From: a virus
IMG/VR virus record: IMGVR_UViG_3300021594_000641
Location: 32,001 to 96,000 of that record
Length of the DNA: 64,000 nt
Direction: 5' to 3' (one strand)
Shown: positions 25,612 to 33,883 of the stretch, one piece after another
Layout: every line of letters begins with the position of its first letter
Position numbering within the stretch: position 1 is the first letter of the stretch
Notes under the pieces: generated by a model
Database searches by the model: none
Seen by the model: only the letters and a program-made list of their open reading frames with translations
What the model was told of the DNA's origin: nothing
Translations under genes and position numbers: made by a program

Positions 25612-28600
25612 TCACATAGCTCCTAGTTGAGCGTTTTCTAGATTTAGAGTTACTACTCCAGTGGATAACGCCAGTGAGCCAGTCAGGCCTCCAGACATTT
25701 GGAATTTTTGAGCAGACGCTGTGGTGGTAGCTGCTTTTTCTTGTTCTTTTAGTTTATTTAAATAATCTGTTCCCACCGACCTTCCTTCCATCTTCAATTT
25801 TATTAACTGATTTTCTTTTCCTCCCAGCTCTTTTAACGCCGACTTCTTTTCTTCGTCGCTGCCTTTTTCTATAGCGTCCAGCTCGGCATCGGATAGCTTG
25901 TCTTTGTCTCCAAAAACTTTGCTAACCAAATAAGCTTCTCTAGCCAACCGGCCTTTTGAAACCGGGTTCAAGTCTGTCCATTCTTTGCTACTTTTATCTA
26001 TATCCTGCAGCAAACTTTTAGCCGCTTTGTTAGACACTTCCTTAGGGTCTGCTTCCATCTCTCGCATCAGATGGTCTATAGCGCTATCTCTTTCTCCTTG
26101 CTTTCTTATTTCTTCAGCTGTGCTGGCTGTTCCCTGGCTCTGCATTTGTCCAACAGCTGACGCCTCTCCTTCGGCAGTTCTAAGCATAGCTTCAGCCGCT
26201 CTTCTTCCTATTTCTCCGCTAGCTTCTCCTAGCCTTGAGTTAGGATCATTTATAGACCTTATCAAATTATTTTGAGCATTAACTAGTTGTTTAATTCCTA
26301 CTCTAGCTTCTTCTTGTTGCTTTTGCGTTAAACTGCTTTTAAACCCAGCTTCTAGAGACTCTACGTTGTAACCTCCCTCTTGAGCTCTCTTTCTTAGCCT
26401 GCTTTCTACGTCTCTATACTTATTTTGTAATTTTTTCCTTTCTTCCAAAGACGCTGGGTCTGTTTTTTCTCTAAGAGCCGCATCGGCTTTAAGTATGTTT
26501 TCACGCTCTGCTAAATCAGCTGCTGCCTCTGCCTTTTGCGCGTCTGTCGCCCCTATTTCTTTTAGTATGTCTCCAATACTTCCTTTCTTTATACCAGACA
26601 AGTTTTTTTCTGCTCTTTCTACTTCAGACACTAAAGGCGCAAAAGCAGCTGTGCCTGCGTCGGTCTTGTTAGCATTTAAATAATCTTTTCCGGTAACGGC
26701 TTTCTCTCGGTCTGAGCCTGTAAATATCTTGGCTATCTTATCCAAAGCGGCTGCAGTCCCTGACAGCCTTTCCTGCGCTTCTTCTCTCTTTGCTTTAGAC
26801 AGAGTAGTTCTAGCGCCCACAGTTCCTTCAGTAAACGATCTAGCCAAAGTGTTTATAAAGTCTACGCTTCCTCCGCTTTTTCTTTGTATTGAAGATATAA
26901 CGTTATTAACTGCAGCTGGGCTTACTGTTGCTGCGTTATCTTCTAGTACAGACAATACTCCTGCATCTACTTTACTTAAAGCTTCTGCAAAATTTGTGCT
27001 AGCTCTTGTTCTTAAATACCTAGAAATATTGTCTATAGATTTTCCTTGAATGTTCTTGGCGTATTCTTCTGGAGATACTCCGTATTTTTTCATTAAACCT
27101 TCGTCTTGAACGTCCTTCAGCTTTCCAGCATCTTGAATTAAATCTGATGTAGAAAACCTGGCTTTTATAGTACCGTCAGCTTCCAAGAACCCTGAGAAGG
27201 CTTGAGTAACGTATTGAAGCTGAGAAGCTGGTATTTCTCCTATGCCTCCTCGAATCAAATCTTTCAGGTTAGCTTTGGGTCCAGCGTTCATCAAAAGGTC
27301 TGCTGCCCTTTGCATAGCAGTTCCGCGACCAAGCCTTGAAAAAGCTTTTTGAACATTAGCTTCAGCGTTTCTTACGCCTTCTTCTGCTCTGATCGCGTCT
27401 GCTGCTCTGGCGTTGTACTGAACTAGGAACGCGTTTCCGCTTTCATACCTGTTGTTTCTTGCAAAAGTGTCTATGTTTAATCTTCCAAGCGCCATTGAAG
27501 ATTTAAATGTGTCTACTTGGTCTTGTTTTATTAAGCCAGCCTTCAATGCCTCATCTGCCAAAAATCCAAAATCTCCTTTGTTATATCTCTGCAGCTGATC
27601 ACTATTCATGTTCATAACTTGCCCAGCGACGAAATCGCTAAGCTGTTTTGACTTTGCAGTTATTGCCTCTGTTTCTTGCTTTGTAGTTCCTTCTCCAAAA
27701 AGTCTATTGGTAAGAATGGCGTTAGCAAGCTGGCTAGATACTCTACCCTGAGCTTCTCTTCCCTGGAACAGGGAAGCTACTTTTCCTCCAATGTTGTATT
27801 TCTCTGTGTATTCTTGAAGACCTTTATCGTTAGCTTTAAAAGCGTTAAATTTTACGATGTTGTTTCCTAGCTTTGATTTTATTTCATCTTCGCTAAGCAT
27901 GACATCTGGGCCTGATGCCGTTTTTAGCTTTTGAACATAAGAAGATAATTCTGGACCGAGATCTATGCCTGCTTCTTGCATGGCTATCAAAGCAGAGTGA
28001 TTCTTGGCAAGATCGCTGCCTGCTGCGGAGGCTTGCGCTCTCATCTCGGTCATTGCCATGTTTTGCTTGGTAGGCATTCCAAAACCTTGGACGCCGCCAA
28101 ATAGTTCTCCTCTTACTGAAGCTCCAGTAGCTGCGGCTATGCCTATTTGAGGAGCCAGGTTTCTGTTCAAACCCATCTGGTCAGTAAGTTGACCGGCGTT
28201 TGCCATGAGCGTAGTCATGGCTTGCATACTCATGCCCGCTCTCTTGGCGGCAAGACCCGCATTCCTTACAAGCATCTCTACTTCTTGAGGAGACTTCGAG
28301 GCTAATCCGTTTTGAGTAAGCAGCTCCAGGGCATTCATCAACTGACCTATTGGAGCGTCCGGTTGACCGGCTTCCCCAAATATGTCTTTCATAGCTGAAA
28401 TAGCCCCAGCCATTCCTTCTAGCTTTTGAGATATTCTTTCAGCTTCAAATCCTTGTACTTTTGTGCTGAACTCAGTACTGGACATCTTAAGCAAATCATC
28501 TACAGACTTTCCTGTAGACGCTGCCATGGCCTGCATGTTTACTCCGCCACCGCCCATCAGTCCTCTTGAAACCATCTCAGAAAACATTGAACCAGCTTGT

Positions 28601-29247
28601 CCAGCGGTTATTCCGCGCATCCTAGACACGTCCGCTGTTTCTCCAAACAGCCTGTCAAATACTTGCTGCTGTATTCCTTTGAAGTTTTCCTTACCCATAC
28701 CCAACATTCCTGAAGTTGGGTCCATGGCAAACCTAGCGCCTTCAGCCATCCTCTGGGCCATGATGACTGCAGAACCTCTTGACCCGTGCAAACGGTCAAA
28801 GAAGTCAGGATCAGCCATGGCAAAAAACGGCATCATTGCCGACAAGTCTCTAGACATTGTCGCAGCGCCGGCTCTTTCTCTGTCTCCAAAGTTAGCGCCT
28901 GTAAGATTGGCCGCGCCTTGAAAAGCTTTTAAATAAGCTCGTTGATCTTGAGCTGCGGCGGCTCGCATAGCTTCTTGCTGCATCGCAAATGCTGCATTGT
29001 TTTGCAGTTGCGTGTGCAAGTTCATTGTTGGATTGAATTGCCCGAACACGCCTCCCTGCATGTTGAACACGCTAGGGATTATGCTCTGAACAGCGCTGTT
29101 GACCATCATTGCCATGGGGCCTTGAATACCAAGGGCTCCGGCAATGTTGAATGTAGGTACGGGCTGTATTGGAGGAGCGGCGAACAGATTTGAGTTCTGG
29201 GCCGCTAATCCGAAAAACCCTTGGTCTAATGGTCCAGGCACATTCAA
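25612..29247 (-). CDS. Tape measure protein
   Basis: 1211 aa, Ala/Gly/Met/Gln-rich helical protein after the tail chaperones; TTG start overlaps the upstream TGA. Confidence 0.85.
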   Translation of the reverse strand: MNVPGPLDQGFFGLAAQNSNLFAAPPIQPVPTFNIAGALGIQGPMAMMVNSAVQSIIPSVFNMQGGVFGQFNPTMNLHTQLQNNAAFAMQQEAMRAAAAQDQRAYLKAFQGAANLTGANFGDRERAGAATMSRDLSAMMPFFAMADPDFFDRLHGSRGSAVIMAQRMAEGARFAMDPTSGMLGMGKENFKGIQQQVFDRLFGETADVSRMRGITAGQAGSMFSEMVSRGLMGGGGVNMQAMAASTGKSVDDLLKMSSTEFSTKVQGFEAERISQKLEGMAGAISAMKDIFGEAGQPDAPIGQLMNALELLTQNGLASKSPQEVEMLVRNAGLAAKRAGMSMQAMTTLMANAGQLTDQMGLNRNLAPQIGIAAATGASVRGELFGGVQGFGMPTKQNMAMTEMRAQASAAGSDLAKNHSALIAMQEAGIDLGPELSSYVQKLKTASGPDVMLSEDEIKSKLGNNIVKFNAFKANDKGLQEYTEKYNIGGKVASLFQGREAQGRVSSQLANAILTNRLFGEGTTKQETEAITAKSKQLSDFVAGQVMNMNSDQLQRYNKGDFGFLADEALKAGLIKQDQVDTFKSSMALGRLNIDTFARNNRYESGNAFLVQYNARAADAIRAEEGVRNAEANVQKAFSRLGRGTAMQRAADLLMNAGPKANLKDLIRGGIGEIPASQLQYVTQAFSGFLEADGTIKARFSTSDLIQDAGKLKDVQDEGLMKKYGVSPEEYAKNIQGKSIDNISRYLRTRASTNFAEALSKVDAGVLSVLEDNAATVSPAAVNNVISSIQRKSGGSVDFINTLARSFTEGTVGARTTLSKAKREEAQERLSGTAAALDKIAKIFTGSDREKAVTGKDYLNANKTDAGTAAFAPLVSEVERAEKNLSGIKKGSIGDILKEIGATDAQKAEAAADLAERENILKADAALREKTDPASLEERKKLQNKYRDVESRLRKRAQEGGYNVESLEAGFKSSLTQKQQEEARVGIKQLVNAQNNLIRSINDPNSRLGEASGEIGRRAAEAMLRTAEGEASAVGQMQSQGTASTAEEIRKQGERDSAIDHLMREMEADPKEVSNKAAKSLLQDIDKSSKEWTDLNPVSKGRLAREAYLVSKVFGDKDKLSDAELDAIEKGSDEEKKSALKELGGKENQLIKLKMEGRSVGTDYLNKLKEQEKAATTTASAQKFQMSGGLTGSLALSTGVVTLNLENAQLGAM

Positions 29248-29663
29248 TTACCTCGCGAGTATGCCTGTTTAAGTATTTCCTCTACAGCTGCCTTGAACTT
29301 TGGATCCTCCATTCTTTTCATGCCTTCCTTGTATTGCTCAATCAAACTCAGGTTATTAGGCCTGCTATCACTTTCAATATTCTTTTCTTTCCAAGGCAGA
29401 GTCAATTCTTCAAATAGCTCTATTGCGGCTGTGGAGTTCTCCCAAGCCTTTCCAAACAATTCGGAAGACGAGGTGGAAAGGGCAGCTATGAATCTATGCA
29501 AATATAGCTTGGCCATCTCTGCATTTTTCAAAGCCCTATACTGCTTCGATATAAGAAGCAGCCTTGCGTCCCATTTGCGATCAAATAGCCTTGTTTTCGA
29601 GAAGTCGATAACTCCTTCGGTTGCAAGGCTAACCAAAAGAGAGGCTATCCGATCGCTTTCCAA
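29244..29663 (-). CDS. Tail assembly chaperone, downstream (T-like) part, probably reached by -1 frameshift
   Basis: Only a TTG start, overlapping the end of 29645..30706 in the -1 frame; directly precedes the tape measure. Confidence 0.65.
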   Translation of the reverse strand: MESDRIASLLVSLATEGVIDFSKTRLFDRKWDARLLLISKQYRALKNAEMAKLYLHRFIAALSTSSSELFGKAWENSTAAIELFEELTLPWKEKNIESDSRPNNLSLIEQYKEGMKRMEDPKFKAAVEEILKQAYSRGN

Positions 29664-30706
29664 AAATCCCGTGATTCCGCCATAGTCTGCAGTTTATCAC
29701 ATAGGGACTGGAACTCGGTATAGAGATGACTAATTGTGTTACGCATAACTTCGTTAGGCATTATCTGACTAACTAAGTCATCAAATAACGGAAACAACTT
29801 AGTATCCGGAATTTTATAAGAGTCTTCTGGAACGTCTATTTCGTCTATAGTTGGTACTTCAATGATATCTTTTTCTGTCTCTATCCTTTCAACAGCCATT
29901 ACGCATCTGTAAGACATCAGCGTTCTCCAGTAGAAGCTGGTGTCTCCAATAATCTTAGATTGAACGTCTTTTTGCGCGTCTACCACTAGCTGCTTGTAAG
30001 CCAGGTCTGACTCTTTGGTAGTCAAAGACCTAAAGGTGACGATCATCCTTCCGCCAAAGATGCTGTATTTCTTTTTAAATCTGACATCGCCCAAAAGGCA
30101 TTGGACAAAATTTACTTTGTCTTCTTCGTTTATTTCAACTAAGTCTTCTTTGGCCAGGTCCCAACCGCAATGCGGACAGGCCTTTGGTTCTTGTTTTGTT
30201 ATTCCTGACTCAGACTTATTTTCGTCTACAGGCGGAGCTGGCTCTTCTACAGGAACAGCCGGAGCAGCCTTTGCCGCTTCTACAGCCTGAGGCTCTGGTA
30301 AGTCGTCTACTACAAACGTATCGTTTATTGTTTCTTTAAAGTTAGCGGAGTCTAAAGCTGCTGCCGGGTTCTTAGCTGCGTTTAAAACTTCTGTTACTTT
30401 TTTACGTTGCTCCTCCGACAGCTGGCTAATGTCAACTGGCTCTGGAAGTTTCATGTTCTGTCTTGGAACTTGAGGCAAAGCTTCAGGAACAGCTTCGCTT
30501 ATTCTCTGAGCTATGTTTGCCGGAAGAGTAGAAGGGTCTGCAACTACTCCGAGCTTCATCAGCCCGTCTCTTTCCATTTCAGTCAGAACTGTACCTGGAG
30601 GCATACTTCCTGGCGAGTCAGGAAGCTGGCTTATCGTAGGTTTGGCTGGTGGAGGAACTGGAGGAAGTTTTTTAAAAGATCCAACCCGTTTGATCGGTTT
30701 ATCCAT
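29645..30706 (-). CDS. Tail assembly chaperone (G-like) with Pro-rich N-terminus and CxxC
   Basis: Upstream of the tape measure; IFGGRMIVTFRSLTTKESD chaperone-like motif; CPHCG. Confidence 0.7.
   Translation of the reverse strand: MDKPIKRVGSFKKLPPVPPPAKPTISQLPDSPGSMPPGTVLTEMERDGLMKLGVVADPSTLPANIAQRISEAVPEALPQVPRQNMKLPEPVDISQLSEEQRKKVTEVLNAAKNPAAALDSANFKETINDTFVVDDLPEPQAVEAAKAAPAVPVEEPAPPVDENKSESGITKQEPKACPHCGWDLAKEDLVEINEEDKVNFVQCLLGDVRFKKKYSIFGGRMIVTFRSLTTKESDLAYKQLVVDAQKDVQSKIIGDTSFYWRTLMSYRCVMAVERIETEKDIIEVPTIDEIDVPEDSYKIPDTKLFPLFDDLVSQIMPNEVMRNTISHLYTEFQSLCDKLQTMAESRDFWKAIG
29661..29670 (-). other. Predicted programmed -1 ribosomal frameshift site (GG GAT TTT TG)
   Basis: Zero frame reads CGG GAT TTT TGG (RDFW); the -1 frame reads GGA TTT TTG GAA and is open to 29244. 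Confidence 0.6.
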
Positions 30707-30716
30707 GATCGCCCTT

Positions 30717-33326
30717 TCACTGAATCACTGGGTAGTTTCCGTTTGGAGACTCTGGACTTTCTTCTTCTATCGTAGCAGACGCGTATTCTTCTCCAGGCTT
30801 CTTTGCCATAAAGCCGTTAGATCCTTGTGCAGTGTACAGTTTGCTATTTAATTTTCTATAGCTAGTTCCAAGCCAAGCGTCTCTTCCTGGATACGGATAA
30901 GTCTCGTTTGAGTTTGTTACTACAGGCTTTTCTTTCCACTTATACGCTGTAAGCCCTGAAGCCCTAGCTCTTTGCGCCCATCGGCTCTCGAACAGCATGA
31001 ACCCTTCTGCTTCGCATTGCTTTGTTGTTCTAAAAGAAAAACCTGCTCCTTCAGCTACGCCTATTCCCTTATAAACTCCGTCAGCAAAATGATTTGAAAA
31101 GTTTTGAATCTTTTCTTCTTTTAAACCAGCGCCTAGATTCGATATGTCGTCCGCGTATTGATTTAAGATGTCCTTACCTTTCTGGTCTATTTCCCCGACA
31201 TATTGAGTTCCGGCAGTAGTAGCTATATGACCATTATTTATTTGAACTGAGCTCTGAAATACGCCGCCTCCCAAAAAGTCTCCTCTGCCTGTCACGTACA
31301 GGCCTCCAGAGATGTATGTGTTGTAAGCTGTGTACTGGTTAGTGGCTATCAGTTGATCTCCAGGACCAAAGTTGTCTGATATGTAAGAAGAAACATAATT
31401 GTTTATAGCTTGGCAGCTGGTAGTTATTGAGTTTGACGCTTCAAACGTCATTTTCCCGTTTCCGACAGTGCCAGCTCCTGACTTTATGTAAACTTCTCCG
31501 GCAAACACAGCAGCTTGATTTGCTGACTTTATTATCACACCATTTGATACGGTATCCGTGCCTATTTGCCCAAAGTCTTGAGTATCTCCTTCTCCTCGGC
31601 TTTCCAGAAGAAGTCCGCCTGTCTTTGAGTTTCCAGCTAGAAGCTGCATGTTCTTTTCAGCTTTTAGCCTAACATCGTTTTCTGAAGCGGATATTTCTAC
31701 AGACTTCCTTGCCCTTACTACAGTGTCTTTTCCAGTCAGAGCCACTAGGTTTCTTCCAGGCCTTAGCTGTATATCCCCAGGACAGCTTATTTCTATACTG
31801 CCTCCTCCCATTCTTATTTCTTCGCCGCCAGGGCCTGCAATAACTACAGTACCGTCCCTAAGTATCGATATAAAACTTAAAGACGGATGGTAGTTTGCTG
31901 AAAACCTGTGGTCTACATCTTTTTCTTTAGCCTCTGGCCTAGGCAAGTAATGATTAGAAGAAAGGTTGGATATAGCGACAGCACTTTCTTTCTCCGGGTC
32001 ATCAAATAATTTCCAATCGTTCGTGTGCTTATAAAAAGGATGAGAAGACCTCCATTTCATGCCATAAGCAAGTTCATCGTCAGCAAGAAGCGCGGCTCCT
32101 GTACCGTCTGGAAAATCGCCACTAAGGCCTGAAGCTATTCCATCTGATTGACTTCCTGTTGGAACGTATCCAGGCGATCTATCTCCGGTTCCGTCTTCAG
32201 GTCTTTTGAATTGAACAGGGCTGTTGAATACCGGAACGTGGGCCAGGAATATTCCCTGAGACGACACCATGTGGTAGTTGCCGTCTAGAGCCAAATGCTC
32301 TTCCCAAACAGCAGGGACGTTCGTAGGGCTGTCCATGCTGAAAATCTGTTTTCCCGGCGGAGGAAGCCTTAATTGCTTCTTGAAGCCTTGCCCAAGAAAA
32401 CCTGCGTATTCCACAAGTCTATGAAAAGGTGTTTGAGTAAGTTCTTTTAGGTCTATCAAAGAAAATTCTGTAGAGTTTTTAAGCACAGCCTCTTGGGTTC
32501 TTTGCTTAAAAAGCTCGATACCTTTTACCAAGCCACCAAGAGATTCCCATAGATAAGGAGAGTGTCCTATTATTGAGGACAGCTCGCTCTCATCGTCAAA
32601 GAAATCCATACTTGTAGTTGCTGACCGTATTTGCAGATTGTGCCCGTGCATCCTAGCTAGCTGATCGTGCCAGAACGCCCAGAATCCGCAGTTTTCATCT
32701 GACCTTAGAAAAGCCATGAAAGGGTCTAGGAATACGGAAGACCCTGTCTCGGTCATTCGACCCCATTCGCCCAAGCATGTCTCGTCTACAGGAGATCCGT
32801 AGGACAGCTTGGCTGGAGGTATAAAGTTTGGATTAAACCTAGCCGTGGTGACTTGTTCAGATATTGGAGTGTTAGTAGACGCCTGGCTTATGAAATCTCT
32901 TATGCTTTTTTCGTTTTCTACAGAGTAACCGTTATCTACTCCAATTATTGTTCCGGTAGTTTCTCCCAAGCCATAGATTACAAATACTCTTGAGCCTGGT
33001 CGTATTGTTCCTACTTTTTGAACACCTGACCCTTGAGTGCCTACTTCTGATAGACAAGAACAAACCAAGGACGCGTTCTTGCCGTCAAGAGTTACCTTGT
33101 ACCAACCGTAAAAAGGAAGAGAGTCATCAACGAAACCGGCCAGCACCCGAGATGTAGTCTCAAGCGCCAGCCGGTTTATTGTTGAGTTTCCTGACTTGTC
33201 GTGCCTTGGCCTGTTAGGGTTCAAGGTCACTTGGTCTAAAGCGTTTATCCGGTTTGACAGTTCCCCTATAAGCCTTTCCATGCGTTGAAGGTAATCAACG
33301 ACATTAAAATGCTCGGGACTCGGCAT
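30717..33326 (-). CDS. Baseplate central spike (gp5/gpV/VgrG-like)
   Basis: OB-fold-like GWYKVTL...IRPGSRVFV and beta-helix-type repeats ISILRDGTVVIAGPGGEEIRMGGGSIEISCPGDIQLRPG; ATG at 33326. Confidence 0.75.
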   Translation of the reverse strand: MPSPEHFNVVDYLQRMERLIGELSNRINALDQVTLNPNRPRHDKSGNSTINRLALETTSRVLAGFVDDSLPFYGWYKVTLDGKNASLVCSCLSEVGTQGSGVQKVGTIRPGSRVFVIYGLGETTGTIIGVDNGYSVENEKSIRDFISQASTNTPISEQVTTARFNPNFIPPAKLSYGSPVDETCLGEWGRMTETGSSVFLDPFMAFLRSDENCGFWAFWHDQLARMHGHNLQIRSATTSMDFFDDESELSSIIGHSPYLWESLGGLVKGIELFKQRTQEAVLKNSTEFSLIDLKELTQTPFHRLVEYAGFLGQGFKKQLRLPPPGKQIFSMDSPTNVPAVWEEHLALDGNYHMVSSQGIFLAHVPVFNSPVQFKRPEDGTGDRSPGYVPTGSQSDGIASGLSGDFPDGTGAALLADDELAYGMKWRSSHPFYKHTNDWKLFDDPEKESAVAISNLSSNHYLPRPEAKEKDVDHRFSANYHPSLSFISILRDGTVVIAGPGGEEIRMGGGSIEISCPGDIQLRPGRNLVALTGKDTVVRARKSVEISASENDVRLKAEKNMQLLAGNSKTGGLLLESRGEGDTQDFGQIGTDTVSNGVIIKSANQAAVFAGEVYIKSGAGTVGNGKMTFEASNSITTSCQAINNYVSSYISDNFGPGDQLIATNQYTAYNTYISGGLYVTGRGDFLGGGVFQSSVQINNGHIATTAGTQYVGEIDQKGKDILNQYADDISNLGAGLKEEKIQNFSNHFADGVYKGIGVAEGAGFSFRTTKQCEAEGFMLFESRWAQRARASGLTAYKWKEKPVVTNSNETYPYPGRDAWLGTSYRKLNSKLYTAQGSNGFMAKKPGEEYASATIEEESPESPNGNYPVIQ

Positions 33327-33338
33327 CAAACCCTCGCT

Positions 33339-33860
33339 TTATGCCGCCGCTTGTTGCTTGTACATAGCGCCGGTCTGACAGGAAACATTTTCGCTAATCA
33401 TCATATCAGCGGCCTGCACAGAGTAAGCAACGTTGCTAGCGATAACGTCGCGAGCAATCAGAGACATTACTCCCTGGCCCTGCCCTTGGCCTGGAACAGA
33501 CCAGTTACAGGGAGCCGAGCCTAGTACGAAAGCTAGGGTGTGGTCTTCAGCTTTGCCGCTGCAAACATCACCAAGCTTTTGTAGCAGATCGGTCTGAACA
33601 CTGATAGGTCCGACGATACGCCCCAAGGTCATGGTGCCTTGAGTACGACCGACGACATAATAACGATAGGCGCTACCAACTTCAAAGATCTGATTGACTT
33701 GCTGTTGGTAGGTAGCTTGAAAACTTTGCACCAAGCTGCCTGCAGGCCCGTTAGCGCCAAGCAGACCACCGCCGAAGAGCAAAGCGTTGTCAGCCGTGAA
33801 GGCCCCACCCAATTGTGAGGGCCTTCTGCCTAGAACGTCAAAACCTGCACCCACACCCAT
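33339..33860 (-). CDS. Tail tube protein
   Basis: 173 aa directly after the sheath; LVQSFQATYQQQVNQIFEVGS...GRTQGTMTLGRIVGP. Confidence 0.85.
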   Translation of the reverse strand: MGVGAGFDVLGRRPSQLGGAFTADNALLFGGGLLGANGPAGSLVQSFQATYQQQVNQIFEVGSAYRYYVVGRTQGTMTLGRIVGPISVQTDLLQKLGDVCSGKAEDHTLAFVLGSAPCNWSVPGQGQGQGVMSLIARDVIASNVAYSVQAADMMISENVSCQTGAMYKQQAAA

Positions 33861-33883
33861 GTTATATACCTCCCCTCAGTTGA

